IMG/VR virus record: IMGVR_UViG_3300001687_000011
DNA from: an uncultured virus (IMG/VR IMGVR_UViG_3300001687_000011)
Taxonomy: Duplodnaviria; Heunggongvirae; Uroviricota; Caudoviricetes
Direction: 5' to 3' (one strand)
DNA length: 64,000 bases
Shown here: positions 35,717-46,542 of the stretch, in pieces
Position numbering within the stretch: the first letter of the stretch is position 1
How the letters are laid out: each line of letters opens with the position of its first letter
Notes under the pieces: model-generated
What the model saw: only the letters and a program-made list of their open reading frames with translations
Databases searched by the model: none
What the model was told of the DNA's origin: nothing
Made by a program: the position numbers and the translations under genes

Positions 35717-36451
35717 TTAATCACCCTTTCCAAATATGTTATATAAAAGTTTATCTATATCATTCCAGTTATAAACAACAGATTCAATATGGGAATACAC
35801 TTTAGTTTCTTCCATGATCTTAACCCACTCCTGTCCAATTTTATAATTCTTCATATCCCCATACAGGATAGGTTGTATCCCCCCACGAGATTCTTCAAAT
35901 AAATATTTACAGGTCTTTAACTTGTCATCAACAAAGAAGTAAACCCCACATTTATTGAGATAGAATAACTTACGGTCAGTAGAGTTGTAAGTTCTGAAAA
36001 CATGTATCTCTGAGATCTTTGTTAGATGATCATGTAAATATTCCTCCAAAGGTTTCTGCTCAGTCTTGTCTCTATGTGTAATAATAATCAAAGGTCTATT
36101 TTCAAAATGCTTATTTAAAATATCGATAGCCCCCTCCATAAATTTTATCCTATGGAGGTTTTTTGCTTCTACCAGTAAATCTACTACATGGAAAGATTTA
36201 TCTGCTGGTAATCCGTAAATCTTATCCAGATGGTTATTTATATCCTCATTCTTTAAAACAGGAGTCACACCATAAAGTTCAGCATATAACTCTTTCCAGG
36301 CATCAACAAAATTAATAATAACTTCATCCAAATCAAATGCTACAACTGATTGTGGATATTTAGATTTTTCAAACTTTATACCAGCCTTTTTTAGGTACTC
36401 AGTAAGTTCCCTGGCTGACATCTCTCCAATCAACTTGATAAATTTGTTCAT
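35717..36451 (-). CDS. HAD-family 5'(3')-deoxyribonucleotidase-like protein
   Basis: FDLDEV, IITHR, K...FVDD. Confidence 0.7.
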   Translation of the reverse strand: MNKFIKLIGEMSARELTEYLKKAGIKFEKSKYPQSVVAFDLDEVIINFVDAWKELYAELYGVTPVLKNEDINNHLDKIYGLPADKSFHVVDLLVEAKNLHRIKFMEGAIDILNKHFENRPLIIITHRDKTEQKPLEEYLHDHLTKISEIHVFRTYNSTDRKLFYLNKCGVYFFVDDKLKTCKYLFEESRGGIQPILYGDMKNYKIGQEWVKIMEETKVYSHIESVVYNWNDIDKLLYNIFGKGD

Positions 36452-37085
36452 TAAACTTCTCCAAGACCTGAGTATTTTCAGTAATTTGGTCATTCATTTC
36501 ATCTAATTGTATTTTTGCATTTTCGACCATAGAAGGAGCAAACTGTTTCGGGTCATTAACTATTTCTTCATAACCTTCTTTCATATATGTCAAGATATTT
36601 ATCATCCTTGTTGCTACTATTTCACTTCTAACTTGCATCAGGAGTAATCCAAGTTTATTACTACCTTTCCACCAGCAACGAGCACATTTACAGTCCCCCC
36701 AATAATTATCATGCCAACTATTCCCCTCTTCCAGGTAAGCGTCTTCAGTATCGAGTAAATCAGATTGTAACTTCATATCTGAGAATTTTATTCGTAAAAA
36801 GGTCAACATAATAAAATCTTTAACCAGGAGACCGTTAGATAATTTAGACTCCCAATCTGGACGTAATGTGATCTTTCGACCATCTTCACCCCTTCTACTC
36901 CCACGTTTCTTGGCAATATTAGGAGTGGGAGCAGTTCTTATCCATTCATGATCTTCTTCATTCACTGTTTTGAAAGCCTGGTAAGCATGTTCAACAGTGT
37001 TGTAAGTCTTACCATGAAACTCAAAAGGAGACCAGGCAAAATTACTTAAGAATTCAAAAAATCCATCAAAATATTGGATCATCAT
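36399..37085 (-). CDS. NADAR-family (YbiA-like) ADP-ribosyl/N-glycoside hydrolase
   Basis: FLSNF, TVEHAYQAFK, RPDWE, KF, EGNSWHDNYWG, NKLGLLLMQVR. Confidence 0.85.
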   Translation of the reverse strand: MMIQYFDGFFEFLSNFAWSPFEFHGKTYNTVEHAYQAFKTVNEEDHEWIRTAPTPNIAKKRGSRRGEDGRKITLRPDWESKLSNGLLVKDFIMLTFLRIKFSDMKLQSDLLDTEDAYLEEGNSWHDNYWGDCKCARCWWKGSNKLGLLLMQVRSEIVATRMINILTYMKEGYEEIVNDPKQFAPSMVENAKIQLDEMNDQITENTQVLEKFNEQIYQVDWRDVSQGTY

Positions 37086-37104
37086 TGTTTTTCTCCTTTA
37101 CTCT

Positions 37105-37860
37105 TTACCCTGCTACCATAAAAGGTTCTATCAATGAACTAATATCTTTATATTTTGGTAATATATTATCATGTCTTGTTGGATTACTTTGACCTTTTTC
37201 AATCATATAAAACATACCATTTCTAAACTTCTCTGGTAAGTCTGTAGTCCAATTTTTATTAATCTTGTGTAACATTTCGTGGATATCTGCTTGACCTTGA
37301 CCATGCAACTGTTTATCAGAAAAAAACATCCTGGCAAATTTTGAAATACTATTCCTTCGATTATCTAAGGCCCGTTCTAAGAAATAGTTTGATACCTCAT
37401 CTTTTGGCATATTGAAAGCTAAACAAGAAAAAGTAGCTGGTCTTCTATCCATCAGTACCTCAAGGTCGTGTGGAAAAGGATAACTATAAATATTGTGTAC
37501 AGTTTGAATGAATTCGTTAAAATATCCAGTCATTTTTGAAGCAGGATTAGCAACAAGTTTGTGATACTTATTATCAAACCAGGGAGTTGTATTTATTGTA
37601 TCAAAATCTGTCAATAAAAAAGATACCTCATCTGATTGAGTATAAGCAACCTTAAACCCTTGCATATTTTGTATCGTTTGACAAATGGCATAATCAAAAG
37701 CATTTGATATAATCTCACTAAAAGGTGTACATCCCTGGGTATAGGAGTGGAAAGTTTCACCATCTACTCGGATGATAACAGGCATTCTTTTTATGAGATT
37801 AAACCTGAAACAACTTTCATATCCCCTCATACGTTTAGACAATTTACCAGTGTTTCCCAT
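37105..37860 (-). CDS. tRNA(His) guanylyltransferase Thg1-like 3'-5' polymerase
   Basis: IRVDGETFHSYT, YTQSDEVS, RNSIS; likely start MGNTG at 37860. Confidence 0.88.
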   Translation of the reverse strand: MGNTGKLSKRMRGYESCFRFNLIKRMPVIIRVDGETFHSYTQGCTPFSEIISNAFDYAICQTIQNMQGFKVAYTQSDEVSFLLTDFDTINTTPWFDNKYHKLVANPASKMTGYFNEFIQTVHNIYSYPFPHDLEVLMDRRPATFSCLAFNMPKDEVSNYFLERALDNRRNSISKFARMFFSDKQLHGQGQADIHEMLHKINKNWTTDLPEKFRNGMFYMIEKGQSNPTRHDNILPKYKDISSLIEPFMVAG

Positions 37861-37861
37861 G

Positions 37862-38212
37862 TTATGTCCCCTGTTGAGCAAACTGCTCTTTATAAATTTC
37901 AGCAGTACGAGTGAGTATATGCTTATCACACTTACTATATACCTGCTGCCAGTATTTGGGCATGGCCCTCTTAACAACATTTAACTGCTTCTTAGATAAC
38001 CGTTTTCCAGACTTAAACTGCTTTGCAATACTGGTAAGTATTTTAGCATCGAAACTATTGAACCCTATTCCATTAAGATCAATAGTTTCTTTATAACTTT
38101 GTTCTGTAGAAGTCTGGTTTCCATAGACTGTCATTAAGGCCCGTAAAGCCCATTTATTATCAGTTTCTACCTTGAATTTAAGAAAATCTATTACTTCCTT
38201 TTCAGTAATCAT
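37862..38212 (-). CDS. Hypothetical protein with a motif familiar from phage proteins
   Basis: RAL...QTxxEQ...NGIGFxxFDA...LSKKQ...KY motif; function unknown. Confidence 0.5.
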   Translation of the reverse strand: MITEKEVIDFLKFKVETDNKWALRALMTVYGNQTSTEQSYKETIDLNGIGFNSFDAKILTSIAKQFKSGKRLSKKQLNVVKRAMPKYWQQVYSKCDKHILTRTAEIYKEQFAQQGT

Positions 38213-38461
38213 TTCCCCAATCCCTCTTAGATCGTCTATAAGGTTTTTTGTTTGTACAAGCCTTTTCTATCCTGGTAAGATGAGCTTCCACAGCATAATT
38301 ATCAGCCCTGTTCCTAAATAGAGGAACAGAGTGACCTTTGAAGAATTGATGGGCCAACACTTTGATAAAACCAAATCTTACTTTGTGTTTTCTCTGTCTT
38401 CTAAAGTTTTTATCTCTTTGGATACATCTTTCACACATAGAAACAATCCCCCTTATTTATT

Positions 38462-38489
38462 CTATCGGCAATATGTCAAAAATTCTTCG
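38462..38489 (-). promoter_or_regulatory. Repeated phage promoter motif, copy 7
   Basis: CGAAG-AATTTTTGACATATT-GCCGATAG then AATAAATAAGGGGG. Confidence 0.8.
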
Positions 38490-38490
38490 A

Positions 38491-39099
38491 TTAATACTTT
38501 TCATCAGGATCATTGGGATCAATAAAATCATATACTCTGATCTTTAAATCACTATCCTTAACCAAGTATTCAGCAGAGATATCATAATAACTCATCTTTG
38601 TAACTACTATCTCTTTTACCCCATGATTTATAATCTCTACTAAACATGGACTACAAGGTATCCCACATGACATGTACATAGTTGTTCCATAGGTAGAAAT
38701 CCCTAATCTCCCAGCATTATTCAATGCATTACGTTCAGCATGTCCAGCAATACACCATTGTAAACCTTCCCCAGATTTAAAGCCCATCAACTGTCTGGGG
38801 CATTTATTAAATGAGATATGATTATAACCATAAACAGTTTGAGCATATCTCTGTAATTGCAATACATGAGTAACTTTAAAATCCTCCTCTTTCAGTATCC
38901 CACGTTTCTTATATTCTTTCCTTAGGTTATCATCATATTGGTGTCTTACATCACAGTGATGAACCCCACGGGGAGGCCCATTATATCCAGTGCTAACTAC
39001 ACACCCATCTTTGACAAGTACAGCCCCAATCTTTCTGGAAAGACATTTACTATTGCTTGCAACTGATATACAAATATCATATATTGATTTATCAGTCAT
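38491..39099 (-). CDS. dCMP deaminase
   Basis: SKCLSRKIGAV, TGYNG, HAERNA, PCSPC; likely start MTDKS overlapping the upstream stop. Confidence 0.9.
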   Translation of the reverse strand: MTDKSIYDICISVASNSKCLSRKIGAVLVKDGCVVSTGYNGPPRGVHHCDVRHQYDDNLRKEYKKRGILKEEDFKVTHVLQLQRYAQTVYGYNHISFNKCPRQLMGFKSGEGLQWCIAGHAERNALNNAGRLGISTYGTTMYMSCGIPCSPCLVEIINHGVKEIVVTKMSYYDISAEYLVKDSDLKIRVYDFIDPNDPDEKY

Positions 39100-39643
39100 C
39101 TTCAGAACTCTCCAACATCCATTCATCAAATACACACGTAAGAACATGAATGTTAATAATTTTATTATTGACATTTTCAAACTTAACTATATGATCAGAA
39201 GGTGTCAATCCAATTATTTTAATTACACAGTCAGGAATTCCTTTTTGAGCATCTTCGTTATTTTTGTATAGAGTAAATATCATATTTGGTTCTTCATCTT
39301 TCAATTCCCGTATAACTTCAAATACCTTTTTATCTTTAACCTGGTATAGCTCAAAAGTTAAAAAGTTATTTATTAAATCAAACTCTACACTTTTAGTGAT
39401 TATATCAAAAAAATTTCCTTCTTTTAGATCTACTTCAACACTCCATAAATTGTTACTCATATTTATAACCTCACTTTACCCAATGTTTAAAATCCTCTGC
39501 TGTAAGCTGTTTAGCTATCTCTCTCTCTTCTTCACTAAGCCTTTTGATATGATAACCTGGGCCACCCTTATTTCCTTTATAGTGAAGAAGAGTTGACCAA
39601 ATCAATTTCTCAACTAACTCTTTTTTTTTAGTTTCAAAACTTT

Positions 39644-39838
39644 TCATTTAATTAATATCTCCCCTTTAGTCCCATCTTCTCTGAATATAATAATATCAGA
39701 TCCCTTTTCCTTTTCTCTTATTGCTAATTTTAATAGCCCTAAAGCTTTTGGGATAATGTGATCAACAGGACATTTACATTTTTTAGCTAATCTTTCCATT
39801 TCATCTTGGACTATTTCAGAAATAGTAATATGTATCAT
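39644..39838 (-). CDS. CopG/ribbon-helix-helix-like regulator
   Basis: HITIS strand, MERLAKK, IIPKALGLL helices. Confidence 0.45.
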   Translation of the reverse strand: MIHITISEIVQDEMERLAKKCKCPVDHIIPKALGLLKLAIREKEKGSDIIIFREDGTKGEILIK

Positions 39839-40028
39839 CTGTAATTATCCTTATTATATTTTTCTACAAATTTTTCAACCTCATTAGCCATATCAATAGG
39901 AAGCTTACCTATTACATGGGTTTCAAACCCACCAGGAATAGTTCTCCAAGTCATCATTGGAAACTTATTGACTAATTCTACAAACTCTTTCTTGGTAGTA
40001 CAATATACTTCAATTACTTTTTCTGTAG

Positions 40029-40616
40029 TCATCTTTGCTCCCTTATTAAATCAGGATTATCAGGTTTATTCCTCATAATCTCAAGAACTTCATCGAGACT
40101 GATTGGAGTATAGTTCAATACTTCAGCACAAATATTCATAGATTTCCCCACCTCAGGAATTCCTTCATTGTGTTCATGACCAAAACAATGATAAGCATTC
40201 CAATGGGATCGGGGCCACTTAGCCATCCTGTAATGATTCAAAGTAATTTGTTCAGATCCACACTTGATAATATTCATAGTTGGTGGATGAGGTCTCAGAG
40301 ATTTATCATAACCAATAATTTTTAGTTTTGTTCCAAATCTACCATCCCTATACAGTTTGATAGTCTCTTTATCATGACTCCCAATTACCATGTGAATATT
40401 ACCATTCAGTGACCAAATAATTTCTTCCAACTTCTTAGGATGACACCTAAAAGCAAAATCTCCTCCATGATGAACAATGTCTCCAATCCTAACCACACTA
40501 TTCCATTGTACAATCATGTGATGATTCATTTCATGTTCATCTCTGAAATCACGATGACAATACCTGATAATATTTGCATGACCAAAATGTGTATCTGAAA
40601 TAAAAAACTGATCCAT
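40029..40616 (-). CDS. Calcineurin-like metallophosphoesterase
   Basis: SDTHFGH, GGDF, GSHD, NHY, FGHEH. Confidence 0.85.
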   Translation of the reverse strand: MDQFFISDTHFGHANIIRYCHRDFRDEHEMNHHMIVQWNSVVRIGDIVHHGGDFAFRCHPKKLEEIIWSLNGNIHMVIGSHDKETIKLYRDGRFGTKLKIIGYDKSLRPHPPTMNIIKCGSEQITLNHYRMAKWPRSHWNAYHCFGHEHNEGIPEVGKSMNICAEVLNYTPISLDEVLEIMRNKPDNPDLIREQR

Positions 40617-40947
40617 TAATTCAACGTCCTGTCTTCTTTATGTAACCACAACATATCTCCATCTTCTGGTTCTGTTGGATTTCCATCATCATCCCAAACA
40701 AGATTTTCTCCACTTACATATTCCCCAATGTTTATGAACTCATTATCCTTAGAGATAATAAATTTTCCATGAGGATCTTCAGGATAATCTTCTTGGTAAG
40801 GTAATTCTATAATTATTCCTTCACCTTCTTGTAATAAAAAACTTAGTGCTCTTGCCATACAGCGACCACTTGTTTGTAACCCTTTAACATCATCTTCTCT
40901 TCCATCTTTGTAAATATAACCCATAATACACTTCTCTCCTTACTTAC

Positions 40948-40975
40948 TTATCGACACTTTTCTAAAAAATCTTCA
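40948..40975 (-). promoter_or_regulatory. Repeated phage promoter motif, copy 8
   Basis: TGAAG-ATTTTTTAGAAAAGT-GTCGATAA then GTAAGTAAGGAGAG. Confidence 0.75.
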
Positions 40976-40976
40976 G

Positions 40977-41585
40977 CTATCGAGCTAAATTGATATTTTT
41001 ATAATCGGAAATCTCTGTAACGTCTCTCCCTGGGAATTCTATCATATTAGCTGATGCTTTACTTGGAGTTTCAAACTCAACTATAACCAGGTCTCTATCT
41101 ATATAGTTTGCTATCTCCATACAGTTTCCAGGTTCCCCATAACTATAAACAAATTTTTCAACTCGTCTACCATTTGTAAAATCCCACATTTTATCAAATA
41201 TAGCTGGTTGAATCTCAACCTCCACTTCATATCTTATAAGGCCCCCACTACTTTTTATAGCAAAAAACCACTTATTGCACTTTTTTGGGTCATTTGGATA
41301 AGCCTTTTCCCTCAATCTATACTCATTTATTGCAAAACAGATTTTTCTTTCCTTTATATAATTTTCTCTGATAAGATAGTTAAGAAGATAATCTCCATCT
41401 GCTTTATGTAGATATCCTTGATAACAATAGGCCCCCAACTTTTTAACACTATTTACCAATGTATCTGTAAACAAAATATTAGCATAGTAATTACCTTCTT
41501 CTCTTAATAGAAACTTCTTTTCTATCTCAAGACTGGGTTTAACTGGGGGAGTAACCCACTTCATCTTATGTATAAATTCCCACAT
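40977..41585 (-). CDS. CYTH / triphosphate tunnel metalloenzyme
   Basis: EIEKKFLL (ExExK), QGYL, YRLR, RYEVE, VEFE, DVT...YKN. Confidence 0.8.
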   Translation of the reverse strand: MWEFIHKMKWVTPPVKPSLEIEKKFLLREEGNYYANILFTDTLVNSVKKLGAYCYQGYLHKADGDYLLNYLIRENYIKERKICFAINEYRLREKAYPNDPKKCNKWFFAIKSSGGLIRYEVEVEIQPAIFDKMWDFTNGRRVEKFVYSYGEPGNCMEIANYIDRDLVIVEFETPSKASANMIEFPGRDVTEISDYKNINLAR

Positions 41586-41595
41586 AAATACCTCC

Positions 41596-42195
41596 TTATT
41601 TGAACTCTACAAGATTTTCTTTTATTACAAGATCACAAGGTATCCTTACTTCATCCCCATGCTTGTTTTTTAGTATTACCAGGTCTATTTTTTCATGACC
41701 ATTAAAAAAGTAATTCCATATTTTTCTAAACAGTCTGGGTTTGCTTTTATTTTTCTTGTGATTTGTAATAAGTATAACTACATCTAAACAAGTGACTGAA
41801 TTATGTAATCTCACTATTCTGTCAGTGATGGTATTACAAGTATATAAGACATAACATTCATATTCATTGATTATTTCTCTCATCTTATGATTAAAATCTG
41901 TAAGCTGTATATTGTCAGATATAACACATGTTACATCATCGATAAAGAAGAACTTTTTACTATTATTGCTTTTACAGATATCCTCTATCTCATTAAGTAT
42001 ATTACTATAAGATAAATTACAACGACCTTCACATCTAAGAGTGTGAATATCAGCATAACTATATTTTCGGATAATATTTTTTCTTATTTGGTTAAGTAGT
42101 GAAGTCTTTCCATCCCCTGGTTTAGCAATTATCCCTATAAAATAGGAATTTTCACTAATAAACTTGTCTAAAGTTTTTATGCCTGTTAATAACAT
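41596..42195 (-). CDS. Minimal or degenerate DnaB-like RecA-fold ATPase
   Basis: TGIKTLD, AKPGDGKTS, FIDD, DVVILI, KNKHG; only 199 aa, no N-terminal domain. Confidence 0.55.
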   Translation of the reverse strand: MLLTGIKTLDKFISENSYFIGIIAKPGDGKTSLLNQIRKNIIRKYSYADIHTLRCEGRCNLSYSNILNEIEDICKSNNSKKFFFIDDVTCVISDNIQLTDFNHKMREIINEYECYVLYTCNTITDRIVRLHNSVTCLDVVILITNHKKNKSKPRLFRKIWNYFFNGHEKIDLVILKNKHGDEVRIPCDLVIKENLVEFK

Positions 42196-43131
42196 ATCTT
42201 TACCTCCCTAATATATTTTTATTGAAAGAAAATATACTTATTGGTAATACTTCCTTAGTAGGAAATTTTTTATAAATAAGCTTTGCTAAGAAGCTTGAGT
42301 AATATCCATTAGTCCCTGATACTATCAGTATATTCTTGAATGGTTTAAAAGAATTTATATTTATATCAGTCTCCTCCAATGTAATATACTCCAATACTGA
42401 ATTTAATACATTTAGTGGTACTTTTTTATAGGTTCTTAACATTGTATCGAGAACAAGTAAATCATTATTCAGATATTTGTTTCTTATACTTGTTAAGTTC
42501 CACAATAAACTATTTATATTCACTAAATTAGGTATTCCCATAGAAAAATCTGAAACAATAGCATCGAACGGAAAATCATTAGCTATTGTTTCAACAACTT
42601 TATCAACACACGTATGAAATTGTTTAAAAACTTCTTTTGAAACATCTTCATTCCTTATAATTCTTTCAAGAACTCGGATGCTGAATAACTGTGATACTGT
42701 TGGGTATATTTTGTAGATACTATGATACTTTAGAGTGGGGTTTGAGTACAACCTAAATAATTCACCATAGTAATTATACCCAAGATTACAATTATAACTG
42801 AGCATCCGTTTTGTACTGAGTGTCTTAGATGGTTTCCTTTCATAGAATGAAGCAGGTCTTTTATTATCTACCAGGTTTATTATTGACCTGAAAGGGTTCT
42901 TTAGATTAACAATAGAAAACCCATTTACATGTACCTCTCCACTTTCTGTTATTTCAATATGTGTCATTTAATATTACTCCTATAGGTTCATAGTCCTTAT
43001 AAATGTAATGTGGATGATTCACCATAAGAAAAAATGCACCATCACAGAAACGTCTTACTATTTCTATATTTGCCTTATTAAAATTTATTTTTTCTTTCAT
43101 CTCTTTAGCAGTCTTAAAAAACAATTCTGTC

Positions 43132-46100
43132 TCAAGCCAATTTTTTAGCATAAGGCAATAATCCTCCTATCATTATCCTCTCAGAAGGTAGATCCAGGCT
43201 CAGTTGTGGTTCCAAGGCTAATACTCTTAAACTATCTTTCACCCAACCAAATGAAGCTTTCTTAAACCAAGATGGATAGTTTTTACCATTCTTTATACTA
43301 CCAAATAAACAGATTTTTTCTATCTCATCATCAGAAATAAATCTTCTCAAGTTGTAACGTCCATGTGTATCGATTACTATCTCTGTCATAGCTCTGAATA
43401 TCAGTTCCAAATGACAAGGGTAAACAGTAATACCTTCTTCACCATAAATATCCAGTAATCTACTCACAAAAATCCTTCCAGTGAATTCTAAATCAGTTTC
43501 CTTATATAACTTATTAAGATCTGCTTCTCCATATGTCAAAAAATCTCCTTCTTCTGCATAATCACCTGTACCATAATAAATAGGGGAGTCAGTAACTTCC
43601 CCTTGTTTATATCCATCTATGAATATCTCTATAGTAGAAACTTCTGCATCATCTTTCTTGCGAAGAAATACTTTTCCTGACCTTTGGGCCACAACCGTAG
43701 CAGGTATGTGACATTTTCTTTCATTCCTGTCTGGTACTTCAAAATAGTAGATAAGAAAGGCAATAGTATTATTGACATCCTCATTGCCCAGATCTTGTTC
43801 GTATAGAGCTACAACAGATCCTTCTTCTATTTCCTGACCTTCCTTAACCAGGATCTTACCATGTTTAGTCATTACCATATAATGTCTGTTTTCCGATTCT
43901 CCAAACACGGTAATACTGATAATATTTTCATCTATATCTTTCAGCTTTACTCTCCCACCTATTGAACTTATTATTGCCAACGGGGAAGATTTAATACTTG
44001 CTACCCCTGAATGGTGGAATTGTCTCAAAGATAACTGAGTTGTAGGTTCAATCAAAGATTGAGAGGCAATTACTCCCACAGGTATCTTATTCTTAGTAAG
44101 TTTCCTGGTTGATGGGTCTGTACCAAAACATCTCCTACAAACTCCACCTTTGGATTTCATTTCACAAGTTATAGGTGATCTTACAGTAACAAGCCTTTCT
44201 GGATTTTCAATCTTGTTTATCAATCTACCATCGACCGTATACTTTCCCAGAGCATATTTTTCTTTTATTCTAATACCCCTGATAGTTTTACAATCTTCAC
44301 CATCCACATATAAGTCTCTGGCTATAGTTACTAAACGTCTCTCTAAGTATCCACTCTTAGGGGTAAGCAACTTTTTATCAGCTAAACTTTTACGTGCCCC
44401 TGCAATAGTATCAAAGAATTCATATAGAGTTAGACCATCCATAAGACTATGAGTTACGGGATTAGGTAAAATTTCCCCTTTTGCATTAGCTATCAATCCT
44501 TTAGCTACTGTCAACTGAGAAACTTGACTAAAACTTGCCCTGGCACCAGTCTTTAACATAATAATAACTGGATTGGTACTCCCCAACTCTTCAACAACTT
44601 CTTTTCCAAGCTCTTGTATTGTAGTATACCACTTTCTTAGCTTATTCTCATTAGTCTTTGAGGTATCCTTTTCACAAAACTCTTCAACCTCTTTAAATCT
44701 TTTGTCCCTATTCTTAGGGGGTCTAATATCGTCCATAGACAAAGATAATCCACTTAAAGTAGCATAATGGAAAGTCAGATCTTTGAATTCATCCAACATC
44801 TTTTCCATCTCTTCTAAAGAATGATTATCATAATAATCACTCATAATTTTACTTACTGCTTTCTTAGTAAGGGGTTCCGTAATTTTGGTATCCAAGAGTT
44901 CCCCCATAAGAATACGTCCAGCACAAGTAAGATTATTATTGTATGGGATATTTTCTCCCCCATACCAAATAGCTTCATTTATCTGAAGGTGCCCAGTTTG
45001 TAATAAGTAATCCAGTTCTGTTCTATCAGCAATAATCCTACATGACCTTCTGATATCAGATCTTAATAATTCCCTATAATCCTCTTCACGAATATTAGTC
45101 ATTATGTAGGCCCCTATTATCATCTCATGTGATGGTTTTATAATAGGTTGACTATCCCTTGATCCTAACAGATTATACCTGGGCAACATTAAATTTTTTG
45201 CTTCATTGAAAGCCCTTCTTGATAGAGGAACATGTACTGCCATCTGATCACCATCAAAATCAGCATTAAAAGGAGCACATACACAAGGATGTAACCCTAT
45301 AGCATGATAGTCTGAGAGCTTTACCCAGAAAGCTTGTAACCCATATCTGTGTAATGTGGGATGTCTATTTAACATAACAATCTTTTTGCCATCTATGATA
45401 TCTTCCATAAGATCCCAAACCATCGGGTCTTTATCTCTGTATAATTTTTTAGCTTCCTTATAAGCATATTGTACCTTTTCTCTTTTAAGTTTCTTCTTCA
45501 ACTCATAGATTATGAAAGGTTTAAACAGTTCATACACCATTTTACGTGGTATCCTGGCCTCATTTAATTTAAGACTTGGATCTGACACAATCATAGTCCT
45601 ACCAGAATAATCAATCCTTTTACCCAGTAGGTTTAGTCTGAACCTTCCATCTTTTCCAGAGATATTATCTACCAAGGAACTTACATCCCTTCCCTTTGAA
45701 TCTTTTGTACCCTGGACAAATAATTCATTCACTGCCTTCTGTAACAATCTTTGCTCATTTAAAAATATGATCCTGGGAGTTAAAGCTTCATGCTGAAGGG
45801 TTTCAATCCTATTACACCTTCGTATGATTCTCCCATACAATTGATTGTGACAGTGAATAACCCAAAAATCATTAGTCTTCATAACTGGCCTGTGACCAGC
45901 AGGACTTACTAAGATCCTTATCAAGACATAGTTACGTGGATCTATTTCATTCTCTAATAACTTCTTTATATTAGGATTTATTTCAGAAGTTTCTTCAATA
46001 TTTAATTTCAATATTGTTTCTGGAAGAGTATAAGCTGTGTTCCTAAATGCCATAAATTGATTATCCATTAGAGGAACATACTTAAATGATCCTTTCCTTC

Positions 46101-46533
46101 CATCAGCAAGTATATATAAACCTTTATCATCCTCCTCAAAAAGTAGACCACTGCTGTATTCATAGAGTAATTTAATATTAGAGAACTTTAAGAATGGAAA
46201 CATTTTTAATATCCCATTCTCTATTAATGGCCTCATAATAGGTATAGGAAGTTCAATATGACCTAACCTTTGGCATCTTACATAAGAGTTTGTTACTTCA
46301 ACCTGACACTTTTCACACACTTTACCAGCATGTCTCTTTGAAACCAAGGATCGACATTTGCACTCATAATCATTTATGGGGCCAAATATACGTTCACATA
46401 GTAATCCATCCTGTTCAGGTCTTGGTGGATTGAATTTGAAATTTAATGTCCTCTGATTCAAGATCCTACCACTTGATAGTTCTAACATCCTCTCTGGGGA
46501 CATGAGCTTAATCTTTATCTTCATATTTTCCAT
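43132..46533 (-). CDS. rpoC: DNA-directed RNA polymerase beta' subunit (unsplit)
   Basis: GLLCERIFGP..ECKC zinc region, GHIEL, GRFRLNLLGKRIDYSGR, NRHPTLHR, catalytic NADFDGDQMAVH, bridge helix GARK...SGYLERRL, trigger loop EPTTQLSLRQFH. Confidence 0.95.
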   Translation of the reverse strand: MENMKIKIKLMSPERMLELSSGRILNQRTLNFKFNPPRPEQDGLLCERIFGPINDYECKCRSLVSKRHAGKVCEKCQVEVTNSYVRCQRLGHIELPIPIMRPLIENGILKMFPFLKFSNIKLLYEYSSGLLFEEDDKGLYILADGRKGSFKYVPLMDNQFMAFRNTAYTLPETILKLNIEETSEINPNIKKLLENEIDPRNYVLIRILVSPAGHRPVMKTNDFWVIHCHNQLYGRIIRRCNRIETLQHEALTPRIIFLNEQRLLQKAVNELFVQGTKDSKGRDVSSLVDNISGKDGRFRLNLLGKRIDYSGRTMIVSDPSLKLNEARIPRKMVYELFKPFIIYELKKKLKREKVQYAYKEAKKLYRDKDPMVWDLMEDIIDGKKIVMLNRHPTLHRYGLQAFWVKLSDYHAIGLHPCVCAPFNADFDGDQMAVHVPLSRRAFNEAKNLMLPRYNLLGSRDSQPIIKPSHEMIIGAYIMTNIREEDYRELLRSDIRRSCRIIADRTELDYLLQTGHLQINEAIWYGGENIPYNNNLTCAGRILMGELLDTKITEPLTKKAVSKIMSDYYDNHSLEEMEKMLDEFKDLTFHYATLSGLSLSMDDIRPPKNRDKRFKEVEEFCEKDTSKTNENKLRKWYTTIQELGKEVVEELGSTNPVIIMLKTGARASFSQVSQLTVAKGLIANAKGEILPNPVTHSLMDGLTLYEFFDTIAGARKSLADKKLLTPKSGYLERRLVTIARDLYVDGEDCKTIRGIRIKEKYALGKYTVDGRLINKIENPERLVTVRSPITCEMKSKGGVCRRCFGTDPSTRKLTKNKIPVGVIASQSLIEPTTQLSLRQFHHSGVASIKSSPLAIISSIGGRVKLKDIDENIISITVFGESENRHYMVMTKHGKILVKEGQEIEEGSVVALYEQDLGNEDVNNTIAFLIYYFEVPDRNERKCHIPATVVAQRSGKVFLRKKDDAEVSTIEIFIDGYKQGEVTDSPIYYGTGDYAEEGDFLTYGEADLNKLYKETDLEFTGRIFVSRLLDIYGEEGITVYPCHLELIFRAMTEIVIDTHGRYNLRRFISDDEIEKICLFGSIKNGKNYPSWFKKASFGWVKDSLRVLALEPQLSLDLPSERIMIGGLLPYAKKLA

Positions 46534-46542
46534 AGTAACACC

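Noticed and set aside
39092..39460. Tail-tube-like protein
   Set aside because: Only a loose strand pattern and C-terminal FDEW; no structural gene context
42200..42967. Thymidylate synthase or phosphoribosyltransferase similarity
   Set aside because: Only vague fragments (SDFSMGIP, KNILIV); catalytic motifs absent; left as hypothetical
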